Assembly (NCBI GenBank): GCA_963700145.1
Contig: OY969474.1
Span: 1,408,001 to 1,472,000 of the forward strand
Length of the DNA stretch: 64,000 nt
Direction: 5' to 3'
From: an uncultured Acidobacteriota bacterium
GTDB lineage: Bacteria; Acidobacteriota; Thermoanaerobaculia; Multivoradales; UBA5704
Each line of letters begins with the position of its first letter. Positions within the stretch are counted from its first letter, which is position 1. Both the position numbers and the translations under genes were made by a program. Below are positions 8,138-17,617 of this stretch, piece by piece. The notes under the pieces are model-generated. The model made no database searches and was not told the origin of the DNA. It saw nothing but the letters and a program-made list of their open reading frames with translations.

Positions 8138-10180
8138 ATGCCGCGCCGCCTGCTCCCCGACCTGATCGCCGCCGGACTGCTCGCGCTCGGCGCGGTGTGG
8201 GCGGACGCGCCGCGCGGCGTGCAGGGCGCGGTCTTGGCGGCGATGCTCTTCGCACTCGGAAGGGCGGGGTGGGCCGCGGCGCGGGCGCTGCTGCCCGACG
8301 CGGGGCGGGCCTCGCGCGCGACGTGCGCCTTTTGCGTCGCGGTGGCGCTGGCGACGACGACAGCGACGCTCCTCGGGCACTTCGGGTGGCTGCGGCCGGG
8401 GGCGTATCTCCTCGCCGTCGCGCTCGCGACGCTCGCGGTGCGTTGGTGGGGGACGCGCGGCGAGCGTGAAGCGCCTCCGGCGCCGGAGGGGGCGAGCGAG
8501 GAGCGTCCTCCCCTGCCCCGCTCCGCCCTCGTCGAGCGCGCGCTCCTCGCCGCGGTCCTCTGCGCTCTCGCGCTCCTCACCCTGCGCGCCGTCCACGAGC
8601 ATCGCTACACGCTCCCCGGCAGCTTCGGCTTCGACGACCTCTCGTACCACCTCTCCGCCGTCGCCACCTGGCACCGCTACGGCGACCTGCGGATGCTCAA
8701 GTTCGCGGTCGGCGACACCAGCACGGCCTTCTACCCGATCGGCTCGGAGCTCGTCGCCTGGGTCCTCCTCGCACCCTTCCGCGACAGCGACGTCGCCGCC
8801 CGCTGGGCGCAGCTGCCCTTCCTGCCGGCGGCGCTCGTTGCCGTCGCCGCGCTCGGGCGCACGCTCGGCCTCTCGCGGCGCGGCGCCCTCCTCGCCGCGG
8901 CGCTCTTCGGCGCACTGCCGCGGATCGTGCCGCTCTTCTCGCTCTCGGCGGGCAACGACCTCTCGACCGCCTGCTTCGCGGTGGCGAGCGCCGACGCGCT
9001 CCTCCTCCTCGGCCGGCGGCCGGCGCCGGGGCGTGCGGTCTACGCCGGGCTGGCGCTCGGCCTCCTCGCCGGGACGAAGTACGTCGGCCTCCTTTTCTGC
9101 GCCCCGCTCCTCCTCGTGCTGGCGGCGAGCGCCGCCGCGCACCGGCGGGAGTGGAGCGCGCGGAAGGCGCTCCCGGTCCTGGCGCTCGCGGCCGGCGTGG
9201 CGCTCGCCGCCGGCGGCTACACCTACGTGCGCAACGCTTGGAGCACCGGCAACCCGGTGTTCCCGGCGCCAGTGACGGTCGCCGGCCGCACGCTCCTCCA
9301 CGGCTGGGACGTCATCACCCTCGCTCACCGCCGCCACCTGCCGGAGTTCGCGCTCGACGTGCCGCGGTTCCTGACGCGCCGCCCCGACCTCCTTGGCGGG
9401 CTCTTCCCGTGGACACTGCTGCCCGCCGCTCTCCTGGCGCCGGCGGCGGCCCTCGCCCTCCCGCGCCGGCGGCCGCTCGCGGCGCGGCTCGAGACCGCGG
9501 CGGTCCTGGCGCTGCCGCTCCTCTTCTTCCTCCAGTTCGTCTACCAGATGCACGACCACCGCGACGTGCGCTACGTGCTGGCGGGCTTGGCGGTCGCGGG
9601 GGTCGGCTGCGCCTGGCTGCTTGAGCGGCCCCGAGGGCTCGCCGGGCCGGTCCTGCGCGGCGCTCTCCTCGTCGCGCTCCTGGTGGTGCTCGGGGACCGC
9701 CTGGCGCCGGTGCGCGGCTGGCGCGACGTCGTGCCGTTCCCCCTCGCGCCGCGCGTCGAGCGCTACCAGGCCGGGAAGCTGGCGCGCGCCGGACCCGCGC
9801 ACGCCGCCGAGCTGCCGGCGGCGCGGGCGCTGGAGGCGCGGGCCGGGGCGGCGGGCGCGGAGGTCGCCTTCGTCGGCGGCAACCGCCCCTACCTTTTCTT
9901 CGGCAGCCGGCTGCAGAACGGGGTACACGTCGTGCCGACCGGGCCGGGGCTCGCGTCGCGCTTCTACACCTGGGGCGACCCGGCGCGCTGGCCTCCCCCC
10001 GGCCGCTACCGCCGCTGGCGGGCGAACCTGGAGCGGCTCGGGGTGCGCTACGTCGCCGTCGTTCTCACCGAGGAGGCGGCAAACCCCGAGCGGCGCTGGA
10101 TGCGCCGCCGCCCGGAGAGCTTCCGGCGGCTCCACGCCGACCCGTGGGCGGAGCTCTGGGAGGTCCGGGGCGCGCCGTGA
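8138..10180 (+). CDS. Polytopic membrane protein, GT-C-like glycosyltransferase candidate
   Basis: FDDLSYHL, FYPIGSEL, GTKYVG, YVRN..TGNPVFP and DVRY motifs; multiple TM segments. Confidence 0.75.
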   Translation: MPRRLLPDLIAAGLLALGAVWADAPRGVQGAVLAAMLFALGRAGWAAARALLPDAGRASRATCAFCVAVALATTTATLLGHFGWLRPGAYLLAVALATLAVRWWGTRGEREAPPAPEGASEERPPLPRSALVERALLAAVLCALALLTLRAVHEHRYTLPGSFGFDDLSYHLSAVATWHRYGDLRMLKFAVGDTSTAFYPIGSELVAWVLLAPFRDSDVAARWAQLPFLPAALVAVAALGRTLGLSRRGALLAAALFGALPRIVPLFSLSAGNDLSTACFAVASADALLLLGRRPAPGRAVYAGLALGLLAGTKYVGLLFCAPLLLVLAASAAAHRREWSARKALPVLALAAGVALAAGGYTYVRNAWSTGNPVFPAPVTVAGRTLLHGWDVITLAHRRHLPEFALDVPRFLTRRPDLLGGLFPWTLLPAALLAPAAALALPRRRPLAARLETAAVLALPLLFFLQFVYQMHDHRDVRYVLAGLAVAGVGCAWLLERPRGLAGPVLRGALLVALLVVLGDRLAPVRGWRDVVPFPLAPRVERYQAGKLARAGPAHAAELPAARALEARAGAAGAEVAFVGGNRPYLFFGSRLQNGVHVVPTGPGLASRFYTWGDPARWPPPGRYRRWRANLERLGVRYVAVVLTEEAANPERRWMRRRPESFRRLHADPWAELWEVRGAP

Positions 10181-12129
10181 TCCCGCCGCGCCCGGGCCCG
10201 CGCCCCGCCGCCGCGCAGCACGCGCTCGCCCTCGCGCTCTTCGCGGCGCTGGCGCTCGCCTACTTCCGACCCGTCTGGCGGACGTTCGCCAACCACATCG
10301 CGCCCGACCTCGGCGATCCGCTCTTCGTCCTCTGGGTGCTCAAGTGGGGCGCCCATCAGCTCCGCGACGGGCTCGCCGGCCTCTGGGACGCGCCGATCTT
10401 CTTTCCCGCGCGCTCGACGCTCACCTACTCCGAGCACCTGCTGGGGCCTGCGGCGATCGTCGCGGCGCTGAACGCCGCCGGCGCCGACGCGATCGTCGCC
10501 TACAACCTGCTGCTGGTGGGCTCGTTCGTCCTCTGCGGCTGGAGCGCCTGGTACGTCCTGGCGCGCAGCGGGCTGCCGCCGGCCGCGGCGCTCTTCGGCG
10601 GCGTCGCCTGGGCCTTCTCTCCCTTCCGCGGCGAGCAGCTCAGCCACCTCCAGATCCTGCTCGCCGCGCTGGTGCCGCCGCTGCTCTGGACCTGGGACCG
10701 ACTGCTCGCCGAGCGGAGCTGGCGGCGGGCGGGGCGCTTCCTGGCCCTCTACCTCCTCCACCTCACGGGCTCGGCGTACCTCGCCTACATGGTCCACGTG
10801 CCGCTCGCGGCGCTCCTCGCCAACCGGCTGCCGGCGCTGCGGCGGGAGGGGCTCGACCGCCGCTCGCGCCGGGTGCTCGCGGCCGTGGCGGCGATCGCGG
10901 CGGCGGGCGCCGCTGCGGCCTTCCTCCCCTACTGGCTCACCTGGCGCGAGATCGGCGTGGCGCGCGCGCCGGCCGGGCTGCGCGACCTCGGCGCCAGCGC
11001 CGTGAGCTACCTCATGCCGTGGGACCGGAACTGGTACGGACCGCTCTGGCCGGGTTCGCTCCGCCGCAGCGAGAACTCCCTCTTCGCGGGGGTGCTGCCG
11101 ACTGCGCTGGCGCTCTGGGCGCTCGTGGAGCTCTGGCGGCAGTGGCGCGCGCGCGCCCCGGCGGAGCGGCCGCCTGCGCGCCGCCGGATCGCGGTCCTCG
11201 CTTGCGCCGGGTTGGCCGCCGCCGGCTGGCTCCTCGGCGAGCTGACGACCTGGTGGCGGGCGCCGCTTCATCCGCGCCTCGACGGCTTCCTGCCCGGCGG
11301 CGACTACGACCTGCCGGCCGCGCTCTTCCTGCTTGGCGCCGGCGGCCTTCTCGCGCTCCGGATCCGCCGCCGGCGCCAGGCGCCGCCGGCCGCCGCGCGC
11401 TGGCCGCTCTGGTGGCGCGGGTTGCTGCTCTCCGGCGCGCTCTGCCTGGCGCTGGCGCAGCCGTTTGTCTACCAGCCGGCGGCGCTCCTCCTGCCCGGGC
11501 TCGCGACGATGCGCGTGCCGGCGCGCTTCCACGTCCTGGTCTCGCTGGCGGTGGCGGCGCTGGCCGCGCTCGGCCTCGCCGGGCTCCTGGCGCGGCTGCG
11601 GTCGCCGCGCGCCCGCCGCCTCGCCGGGGCGCTCGCCGTCACCCTTCTCGCGCTCGAGCTGCTGCCCCGGCAGCTCGCCTGGCCGCCGCTCCGCCGCGAG
11701 GCCGAGTTCCCGCCGGTCTACGCCTGGCTCGCCGGCCGCTCCGACGTGCGCGCCCTCCTCGAGCTGCCCTGGCGGGCGCCCGGCCCGACGCCCGAATTGC
11801 GCGACATCCCGATCATGTACCTGGGCACGCGCCACTGGCGGCCGCTGGTCAACGGCTACAGCGGCTACTTCCCCGAGCACTACCAGTGGCTGCGGCAGCG
11901 CTGCTGCTGGCCAGTGCCGCAGGGGGAGGCGCTGGCGGCGCTGCGCCGCTGGGGAGTGACGCACGTCCTGGTACACCGGCGGGAGTTGCTGCGCGGGCAG
12001 CGCCGCGCGCTGCGCCGCTGGGAGGAGACCCCGGGGGTGCGCCGCGTCTACGACCGCGGCGGCGACTTGGTATTCAGGCTAGGAGCCCGTCCCGCTGGGC
12101 GCGGGACGGACAGCGCTCCTAGCCATTGA
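10177..12129 (+). CDS. Polytopic membrane protein (YfhO/GT-C-like)
   Basis: GTGA overlap with the upstream gene; GDPLF, WDAPIFFP, YSEH, MRVPARF and LVNGYSGYFP motifs. Confidence 0.75.
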   Translation: MIPPRPGPRPAAAQHALALALFAALALAYFRPVWRTFANHIAPDLGDPLFVLWVLKWGAHQLRDGLAGLWDAPIFFPARSTLTYSEHLLGPAAIVAALNAAGADAIVAYNLLLVGSFVLCGWSAWYVLARSGLPPAAALFGGVAWAFSPFRGEQLSHLQILLAALVPPLLWTWDRLLAERSWRRAGRFLALYLLHLTGSAYLAYMVHVPLAALLANRLPALRREGLDRRSRRVLAAVAAIAAAGAAAAFLPYWLTWREIGVARAPAGLRDLGASAVSYLMPWDRNWYGPLWPGSLRRSENSLFAGVLPTALALWALVELWRQWRARAPAERPPARRRIAVLACAGLAAAGWLLGELTTWWRAPLHPRLDGFLPGGDYDLPAALFLLGAGGLLALRIRRRRQAPPAAARWPLWWRGLLLSGALCLALAQPFVYQPAALLLPGLATMRVPARFHVLVSLAVAALAALGLAGLLARLRSPRARRLAGALAVTLLALELLPRQLAWPPLRREAEFPPVYAWLAGRSDVRALLELPWRAPGPTPELRDIPIMYLGTRHWRPLVNGYSGYFPEHYQWLRQRCCWPVPQGEALAALRRWGVTHVLVHRRELLRGQRRALRRWEETPGVRRVYDRGGDLVFRLGARPAGRGTDSAPSH

Positions 12130-13559
12130 TCGCAGCCCGGCGCGAAAGCCTTCGCGCCTTGCGCCCGGCGCAGGCAGTGGCGGAGGGCCGCCGCCAGCAT
12201 CACCGCGGCCGGCACCAGCCCCTGGAGGAGCAGCCGCTCCCAGGTGACGCCGGCGACGTAGGCCGGGTCCCAGTGCACCGAGTAGGCGAGCCAGCCGATG
12301 GCGAGCGGCGCGGCGGCCGCCGCGGCGAGGACGGCGCCGCGGCGGCGGCGGACGCCCGCCCACCCCGCCGCGAGGACGACCGCGGCCATCCACCAGAAGG
12401 TGCCCCAGCTCGGCGACAGGAAGGTCTTCTCCAGCGCGATCGGCACGAGCACCGGCAGGCGCGTGACGAGCTGCCCCGGCAGGAGGACCGGGTCGAGGAG
12501 CGCGAAGTAGCCCTCGTCGTGCCGGTTGGGGATGCCGGCGCGCCAGGAGGCGAGGAGGAGCAGGGCGACGAGGACGGGGAGAGCGGCGGCGGCGACCGGC
12601 GCCAGGGCGCGGGCGAAACGGCGGCGGCGCGCGAGACGATGGATGTGCCGCCACGGCCGCGTGCGGTAGAGCGCCGCGAGGAGCAGGGCGGCAGGGGCGA
12701 GGAGAGCGCCTTCGTTCTTGGCCAGCGCGGCGCCGGCCAAGAGGAGCCCGGCGGCGAGGCCGTCGAGCGGGCGCAGGCGCGGACGCAGGAGGAGCAGCAG
12801 ACCGGCGCCGTAGAGGCAGGCGAGCGGCAGGTCGCTGTAGGCGCCAGCGGCCCGCCCTTCGCCGACGAAGGAGAGGAGCGGCACCGGCGCGACCGCCAGC
12901 ACCGCGAGCGCCGCCGCCGTCCTGCCGGCGCGGCGGCGGGCGCCGTCCCACACCAGCAGCAGGAGGACCGGGTAGAAGGCTGCGTAGAGGGCGCGGAACG
13001 GCTGCTCGTCCGGCCCGGCCCCGGCCACCTCCTGCGCCGCCGCCTGCGCCACCGGCAGGAGGAGCGGGTAGCGCGGGTGGGTGACGAACCACTTCTCGCG
13101 CACCAGGACGGTCGGCGAGACGGTGCCTTCGTGGCGCACGTAGGCCGCCTGCGCCGCCCAGGTCATGCGGCCGTCCCAGTCGTCGAGCGGCGCGGTGAGG
13201 GCCTCGGCGAAGACGGCGAGGGAGACGCAGGCGACGAGGGCGGCGGCGGCGATTGGGAGAATCGAAAGAGGCTGGGTAGAGAGTTTGGGCCGGCGGGGTT
13301 GCCGCCGCCACCGTGCGAGCACGCCGAGGAGGATCGAGACGGCGGCTAGGGCGAGGACCGACGGCGTGCGGAGCGGGAGAGCGACGAGGTGCGATCCCGC
13401 GTAGAGGCCGCCCGCTACCAAGCAGAGGCCGAGGAGGTAGGAGTAGGCGAGCCGGCGGACAATGGGCAGACGCCGCAGCGCGGGAACGAGCTCGGCGAGC
13501 CCGAGCCCGGCGGCGGCGAACAGCGCGACGGCGAGGAGGCCGCCGAGCGCCTCTCTCAC
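12048..13559 (-). CDS. Polytopic membrane protein, GT-C-like
   Basis: GTG 13559 (VREALGG); DWDG, HPRYPLLLP, YSDLPL and KNEG motifs. Convergent overlap of about 80 nt with 10177-12129. Confidence 0.72.
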   Translation of the reverse strand: MREALGGLLAVALFAAAGLGLAELVPALRRLPIVRRLAYSYLLGLCLVAGGLYAGSHLVALPLRTPSVLALAAVSILLGVLARWRRQPRRPKLSTQPLSILPIAAAALVACVSLAVFAEALTAPLDDWDGRMTWAAQAAYVRHEGTVSPTVLVREKWFVTHPRYPLLLPVAQAAAQEVAGAGPDEQPFRALYAAFYPVLLLLVWDGARRRAGRTAAALAVLAVAPVPLLSFVGEGRAAGAYSDLPLACLYGAGLLLLLRPRLRPLDGLAAGLLLAGAALAKNEGALLAPAALLLAALYRTRPWRHIHRLARRRRFARALAPVAAAALPVLVALLLLASWRAGIPNRHDEGYFALLDPVLLPGQLVTRLPVLVPIALEKTFLSPSWGTFWWMAAVVLAAGWAGVRRRRGAVLAAAAAAPLAIGWLAYSVHWDPAYVAGVTWERLLLQGLVPAAVMLAAALRHCLRRAQGAKAFAPGCDQWLGALSVPRPAGRAPSLNTKSPPRS

Positions 13560-14011
13560 CTGGCTTTCCTTTCCAGCGAGCGCAGGAAGGCGGCGCGATC
13601 GAGGACTTCCGGCGGCCGGCGGCCGCCCGTCGCCAGGACCACGACCCGCGCCCGCGCCGGCAGGCGCGGCCGCAGCTCGGCCGGCGGCGGCAGCTCCGAG
13701 AGCTTGCCGAGGAAGAGAACCCGCCGCGGCGCGAGGTCGAAGCGCACCCAAAACGGCGCGCCTTCTTCTTGCTCCTGCGCGTCGACGAGCAGGTAGACGC
13801 CGTCCTCGGGGATCGCGCGGCGTGCCTCCTCGATCACCGCAACGTAGGCGGCGCCGAAGACACGTTGCCGTGCTGCGTGTGGCGTCTCGTCCAGGTGCTG
13901 CGCGGCGGCGAGGAGCCGGCGGGCGGAGCGCGCGAGCGCGAACGGCACGGCGACGGCGAGGTGCAGGACGAGGACGAAGAGTGCGACGCGGGACAGAAGG
14001 CGGGAGCTCAC
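13556..14011 (-). CDS. Hypothetical membrane-anchored protein
   Basis: GTG 14011; N-terminal TM segment; GTGA coupling to the downstream gene. Confidence 0.6.
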   Translation of the reverse strand: MSSRLLSRVALFVLVLHLAVAVPFALARSARRLLAAAQHLDETPHAARQRVFGAAYVAVIEEARRAIPEDGVYLLVDAQEQEEGAPFWVRFDLAPRRVLFLGKLSELPPPAELRPRLPARARVVVLATGGRRPPEVLDRAAFLRSLERKAR

Positions 14012-14040
14012 CTGTAAGGTCGTATCACAGGCGAGCCTTC

Positions 14041-14142
14041 CCCCCACCCAGATCCCTCGGCTTCGCTCGGGATGACAGATGAGGGGCCATCCTCGCGCAC
14101 TACCCAACGCCGTCATCCTGAGCGTAGCGAAGGATCTGGGGG
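14041..14142. repeat. REP-like palindromic elements, inverted pair
   Basis: cccagatccctcggcttcgctcgggatgaca (ends 14077) and gtcatcctgagcgtagcgaaggatctggggg (14112-14142). Same family as the copies at 47241 and 51784. Confidence 0.85.
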
Positions 14143-14169
14143 AGGAGTTCGACCGTAAGATCAGCCGGC

Positions 14170-15285
14170 ATGCCCTCCCGCCCCACCGTCGCCGTGGACC
14201 TGCGCGCGCTGGTGCCGGCGGCGACGGGGATCGGGGTTTACACGCGGTCGCTCCTCCTCGCGCTCGCGGCGCGCGGGGGGTTCGGCTACCTCGGCATGGC
14301 GCATCGGCCGGTCGCCGTCGCCGACGAGCTGGCGGCGGGCGGCGTCCCGAGCGAGAGCCACGGCGGGCCGCTCGGGATCGTCTGGCAGCAGCTCCTGCTG
14401 CCGCGCCGGCTGGCGCGCGGCGACGTCGACCTCTACTGGTCGCCGCTCTTTACCCTGCCGCTCCGCTGCCCGGTGCCCGGGGTCGTCACCGTCCACGACC
14501 TCACCGCGATCCTCCTTCCCGAGACCCACCGCTTCAAGGTGCGCTGGAGCCTGCTGCCCTTCCTCCGCCAGTCGCTGGAGCAGGCGCGGCGGGTGATCGC
14601 CATCTCGGAGGCCACCGCCGCCGACCTGCGCACGCACTTCCCGCAGGTGACCGACAAGGTGCGCGTCGTCCTCTCCGGCATCGACCCCGACTTCCGCCCC
14701 GGCGACCCCGACACGATCGCCGCCACCCGCCGCGAGCTGGGCGCACCGGATGGTTACCTCCTCTACACCGGCACCCTCGAGCCGCGGAAGGGCCTCCACC
14801 TTCTCCTCGACGCCTGGGAGGCGCTGCGCGACCGCGGCGGCGAGGTGCCGCCGCTCCTCCTCGCCGGGCCGTACGGCTGGGGGAGCCGCGACCTGGTGCG
14901 GCGGATCGAGCGGCTGCGGCCGGAGGGCGTCACGGCGCTCGGGCGCCTGCCGCGGGCGCGGCTGGTCGAGGTCGTCCAGGCGGCGCGCGTCTTCCTCTAC
15001 CCGACGCTTTACGAGGGGTTCGGGTTCCCGCCGGCCGAGGCGCTGGCCTGCGGCGTGCCGGTGGTGGCGACGAACAGCTCCAGCCTGCCCGAGGTGCTGG
15101 GCGACGCCGGCCTGCTGGTCGAGCCCGGCGACGCCGGTGCCCTCGCCGGCGCCATTGAGCGGGTCCTCGCCGATCCCACGCTCGCCGCCGACCTCGCGGC
15201 GCGCGGCCCGGTGCAGGCGGCGCGTTTCCGCTGGGAGAGCTGCGCGGCGGCGACCGAGGAGGTCTTCCGCGAGGCCCTAGAATGA
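14170..15285 (+). CDS. Glycosyltransferase family 4 (mannosyltransferase-like)
   Basis: TGIGVY, TVHDL, GTLEPRKG and YEGFGFPPAEA motifs. Confidence 0.95.
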   Translation: MPSRPTVAVDLRALVPAATGIGVYTRSLLLALAARGGFGYLGMAHRPVAVADELAAGGVPSESHGGPLGIVWQQLLLPRRLARGDVDLYWSPLFTLPLRCPVPGVVTVHDLTAILLPETHRFKVRWSLLPFLRQSLEQARRVIAISEATAADLRTHFPQVTDKVRVVLSGIDPDFRPGDPDTIAATRRELGAPDGYLLYTGTLEPRKGLHLLLDAWEALRDRGGEVPPLLLAGPYGWGSRDLVRRIERLRPEGVTALGRLPRARLVEVVQAARVFLYPTLYEGFGFPPAEALACGVPVVATNSSSLPEVLGDAGLLVEPGDAGALAGAIERVLADPTLAADLAARGPVQAARFRWESCAAATEEVFREALE

Positions 15286-16475
15286 CGCCGGTGCCCTACA
15301 CGATCGGACTCGACGCCCGCAAGCTGCGCGACTTCGGCATCGGCACCTACGTCCGCAACCTGGTGCGCGGGCTGGCGGCGATCGACTCCGAGAACCGCTA
15401 CGTGCTGCTCGTCGGCCCGGCCGGGCGCGAGATCCTCTCCGACCTGCCCGACAACTTCCGCCTCGTCCTCGAGCCGTCGCCGGTCTACTCGCTGCGCGAG
15501 ATGGCGGTCCTCTCCTGGCGCCTGCTGCGCCTCCGCCTCGACCTCTACCACGCCACCCACTACGTGCTGCCGGTCTACGTCCGCCCGCGCGTCGTGGTGA
15601 CGATCCACGACATCATCCACCTCCTCTACCCCGAGTTCCTGCCCAACACTCTGGCCTTCCTCTACGCCCAGCGGATGATCCGCAGCAGTCTCCAGCGCGG
15701 CACGCGCATCATCGCCGTCTCGCAGAGCACCAAGGCCGACTTGCAGGAGCACTTCGACGTCGATCCGGGGAAGATCCAGGTCATCCACAACGGCGTCGAG
15801 GAGGAGTACCGGCAGCGCATCCCCGACGAGGAGCTGGAGCGGCGGCTGCGCGCCCTCGGGCTCAGCCGCCCCTATTTGCTCTTCGTCGGCAACCCCAAGC
15901 CGCACAAGAACCTCGACCGCGTGGTGCGGGCCTACGCCCGCGCCCGCGAGCTGGCGCCGTTCGACGCGCCTCTCGTCTGCGTCGGCGACCGCGGCAGCCA
16001 GGAGTTCAAGATCCGGCAGCGGGCGCTGAACCTCGGGCTCGGCGACAGCGTCCGCCTCCTCGGCCACGTGGCGCAGGAGGTGCTGCCGGCGATCTACCAG
16101 GGGGCGACGCTCTTCCTCTACCCGACGCTCTACGAGGGCTTCGGGCTGCCGGTGGTGGAGGCGATGGCCTCGGGGGTGGCGGTCATCACCTCGAACACCT
16201 CGGCGCTCAAGGAGGTGGCCGAGGGGTACGCGCACCTCGTCGACCCGCTCGACGTCGAGGGGATGGCGAAGGCGATCGCGCGCTGCATGTCCGACCCCGA
16301 GCACCGGGCGACGCTGGCCAAGCTCGGGCAGCGCCGGGCGGAGGACTTCCGCTGGGAGAAGGCGGCGCGCAAGACCCTCGCCGTCTACCGTGCGGCGCTC
16401 GAGGCGCCCGAGCCGGCGGCCCCGGTGCCGGCTGAAGCGCAGTCCGGCGAGTGGCGGACCGGGGCGGCGCCTTGA
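15282..16475 (+). CDS. Glycosyltransferase family 4 (mannosyltransferase-like)
   Basis: GIGTY, TIHD, GNPKPHKN and YEGFGLPVVEAM motifs. Confidence 0.95.
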   Translation: MTPVPYTIGLDARKLRDFGIGTYVRNLVRGLAAIDSENRYVLLVGPAGREILSDLPDNFRLVLEPSPVYSLREMAVLSWRLLRLRLDLYHATHYVLPVYVRPRVVVTIHDIIHLLYPEFLPNTLAFLYAQRMIRSSLQRGTRIIAVSQSTKADLQEHFDVDPGKIQVIHNGVEEEYRQRIPDEELERRLRALGLSRPYLLFVGNPKPHKNLDRVVRAYARARELAPFDAPLVCVGDRGSQEFKIRQRALNLGLGDSVRLLGHVAQEVLPAIYQGATLFLYPTLYEGFGLPVVEAMASGVAVITSNTSALKEVAEGYAHLVDPLDVEGMAKAIARCMSDPEHRATLAKLGQRRAEDFRWEKAARKTLAVYRAALEAPEPAAPVPAEAQSGEWRTGAAP

Positions 16476-17617
16476 GCGCGGCGACGCCGCGCGCCGCACT
16501 GGTCCACGACTGGCTCACCGGCATGCGCGGCGGCGAGAAGGTGCTGGAGGTCCTCGGCGACCTCTTCCCCGCCGCCCCGATCCACACCCTCTTCCACTTC
16601 CCCGGCAGCGTCAGCCCGGCGATCGAGGGCCACCCGATCCGCACGAGCTGGCTGCAGCGCGCTCCCGGCGTGCGCCGCCACTACCGGCGCTACCTGCCGC
16701 TCTTCCCGCGGGCGATCGAACGCTTCGACCTCGCCGGCTACGACCTCGTCGTCTCCACCAGCCACTGCGTCGCCAAGGGAGCGGTCCCGGCGCCCGGCGC
16801 GCGGCACGTCTGCTACTGCCACACGCCGATGCGCTACGTCTGGGACCAGGAGCACGCCTACTTCCCGCGCCGCACCGGCCTTACGGCGCGGCTGCGCGGG
16901 CCCGTCCTCGACCGCCTGCGCGCCTGGGACGTCGCCTCCGCCTCGCGCGTACACCAGTTCGTGGCCAACTCCTCCTTCGTGGCGCAGCGCATCCGCCGCT
17001 ACTACGGCCGCGAGGCCGAGGTGGTCCACCCGCCGGTAGACGTGGACTTCTTCACCCCCGCGGCGGGCGCGGAGGCGCGCCGCGCCCCCGGCGGCTACTG
17101 CCTGGTGGTCTCGGCGCTGGCGCCGTACAAGCGGGTCGAGTGGGCGATCGCAGCCTGCGCCAAGGCCGGGGTCGAGCTGCGCGTCGTCGGCGACGGCCCC
17201 GAGCGCGGGCGGTTGGCGCGCCTCGCCGGGCCGGGCGCCCGCCTCCTCGGACGGGTGGGCGGCGCGGCCCTCCGCGACCTCTATCGCGGCGCCCTCTGCC
17301 TCCTCCAGCCGGGGGTCGAGGACTTCGGCATCGCCTCGGTCGAGGCCCTGGCCTCGGGCACGCCGGTCGTGGCGCTGGGCCAGGGCGGGGTGCTCGACGT
17401 GGTCGAGGACGGCGTCCACGGCGTCCTCACCCGCACCGAGGGGGACCTCGACGAGCTCGCCGCCGCGATTGACACCGTGCGCCGGATGTGCTTTAGTCAG
17501 ACTAGTTTACGGGCTCGGTCGGAGGCGTTCTCGTCGCACCTCTTCGCCGAGCGCATGCGCTCTCTGTTGCTCCCGCAGTCGGCTTTTGCGTCCAGTGTGA
17601 GGGGTTCCGCCTCTTGA
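16472..17617 (+). CDS. Glycosyltransferase family 4
   Basis: TTGA overlap; ALVHDWLTGMRGGEKVL, CHTPMRY and EDFGIASVEA motifs. Confidence 0.93.
   Translation: MSAATPRAALVHDWLTGMRGGEKVLEVLGDLFPAAPIHTLFHFPGSVSPAIEGHPIRTSWLQRAPGVRRHYRRYLPLFPRAIERFDLAGYDLVVSTSHCVAKGAVPAPGARHVCYCHTPMRYVWDQEHAYFPRRTGLTARLRGPVLDRLRAWDVASASRVHQFVANSSFVAQRIRRYYGREAEVVHPPVDVDFFTPAAGAEARRAPGGYCLVVSALAPYKRVEWAIAACAKAGVELRVVGDGPERGRLARLAGPGARLLGRVGGAALRDLYRGALCLLQPGVEDFGIASVEALASGTPVVALGQGGVLDVVEDGVHGVLTRTEGDLDELAAAIDTVRRMCFSQTSLRARSEAFSSHLFAERMRSLLLPQSAFASSVRGSAS

Noticed and set aside
6332-10135. 1267-aa protein, and similarly 29110-33147, 41226-43196 and 18462-20663 at full length
   Set aside because: The upstream parts overlap other real genes. 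True starts are internal (8098, 31227, 42200 and 19149).
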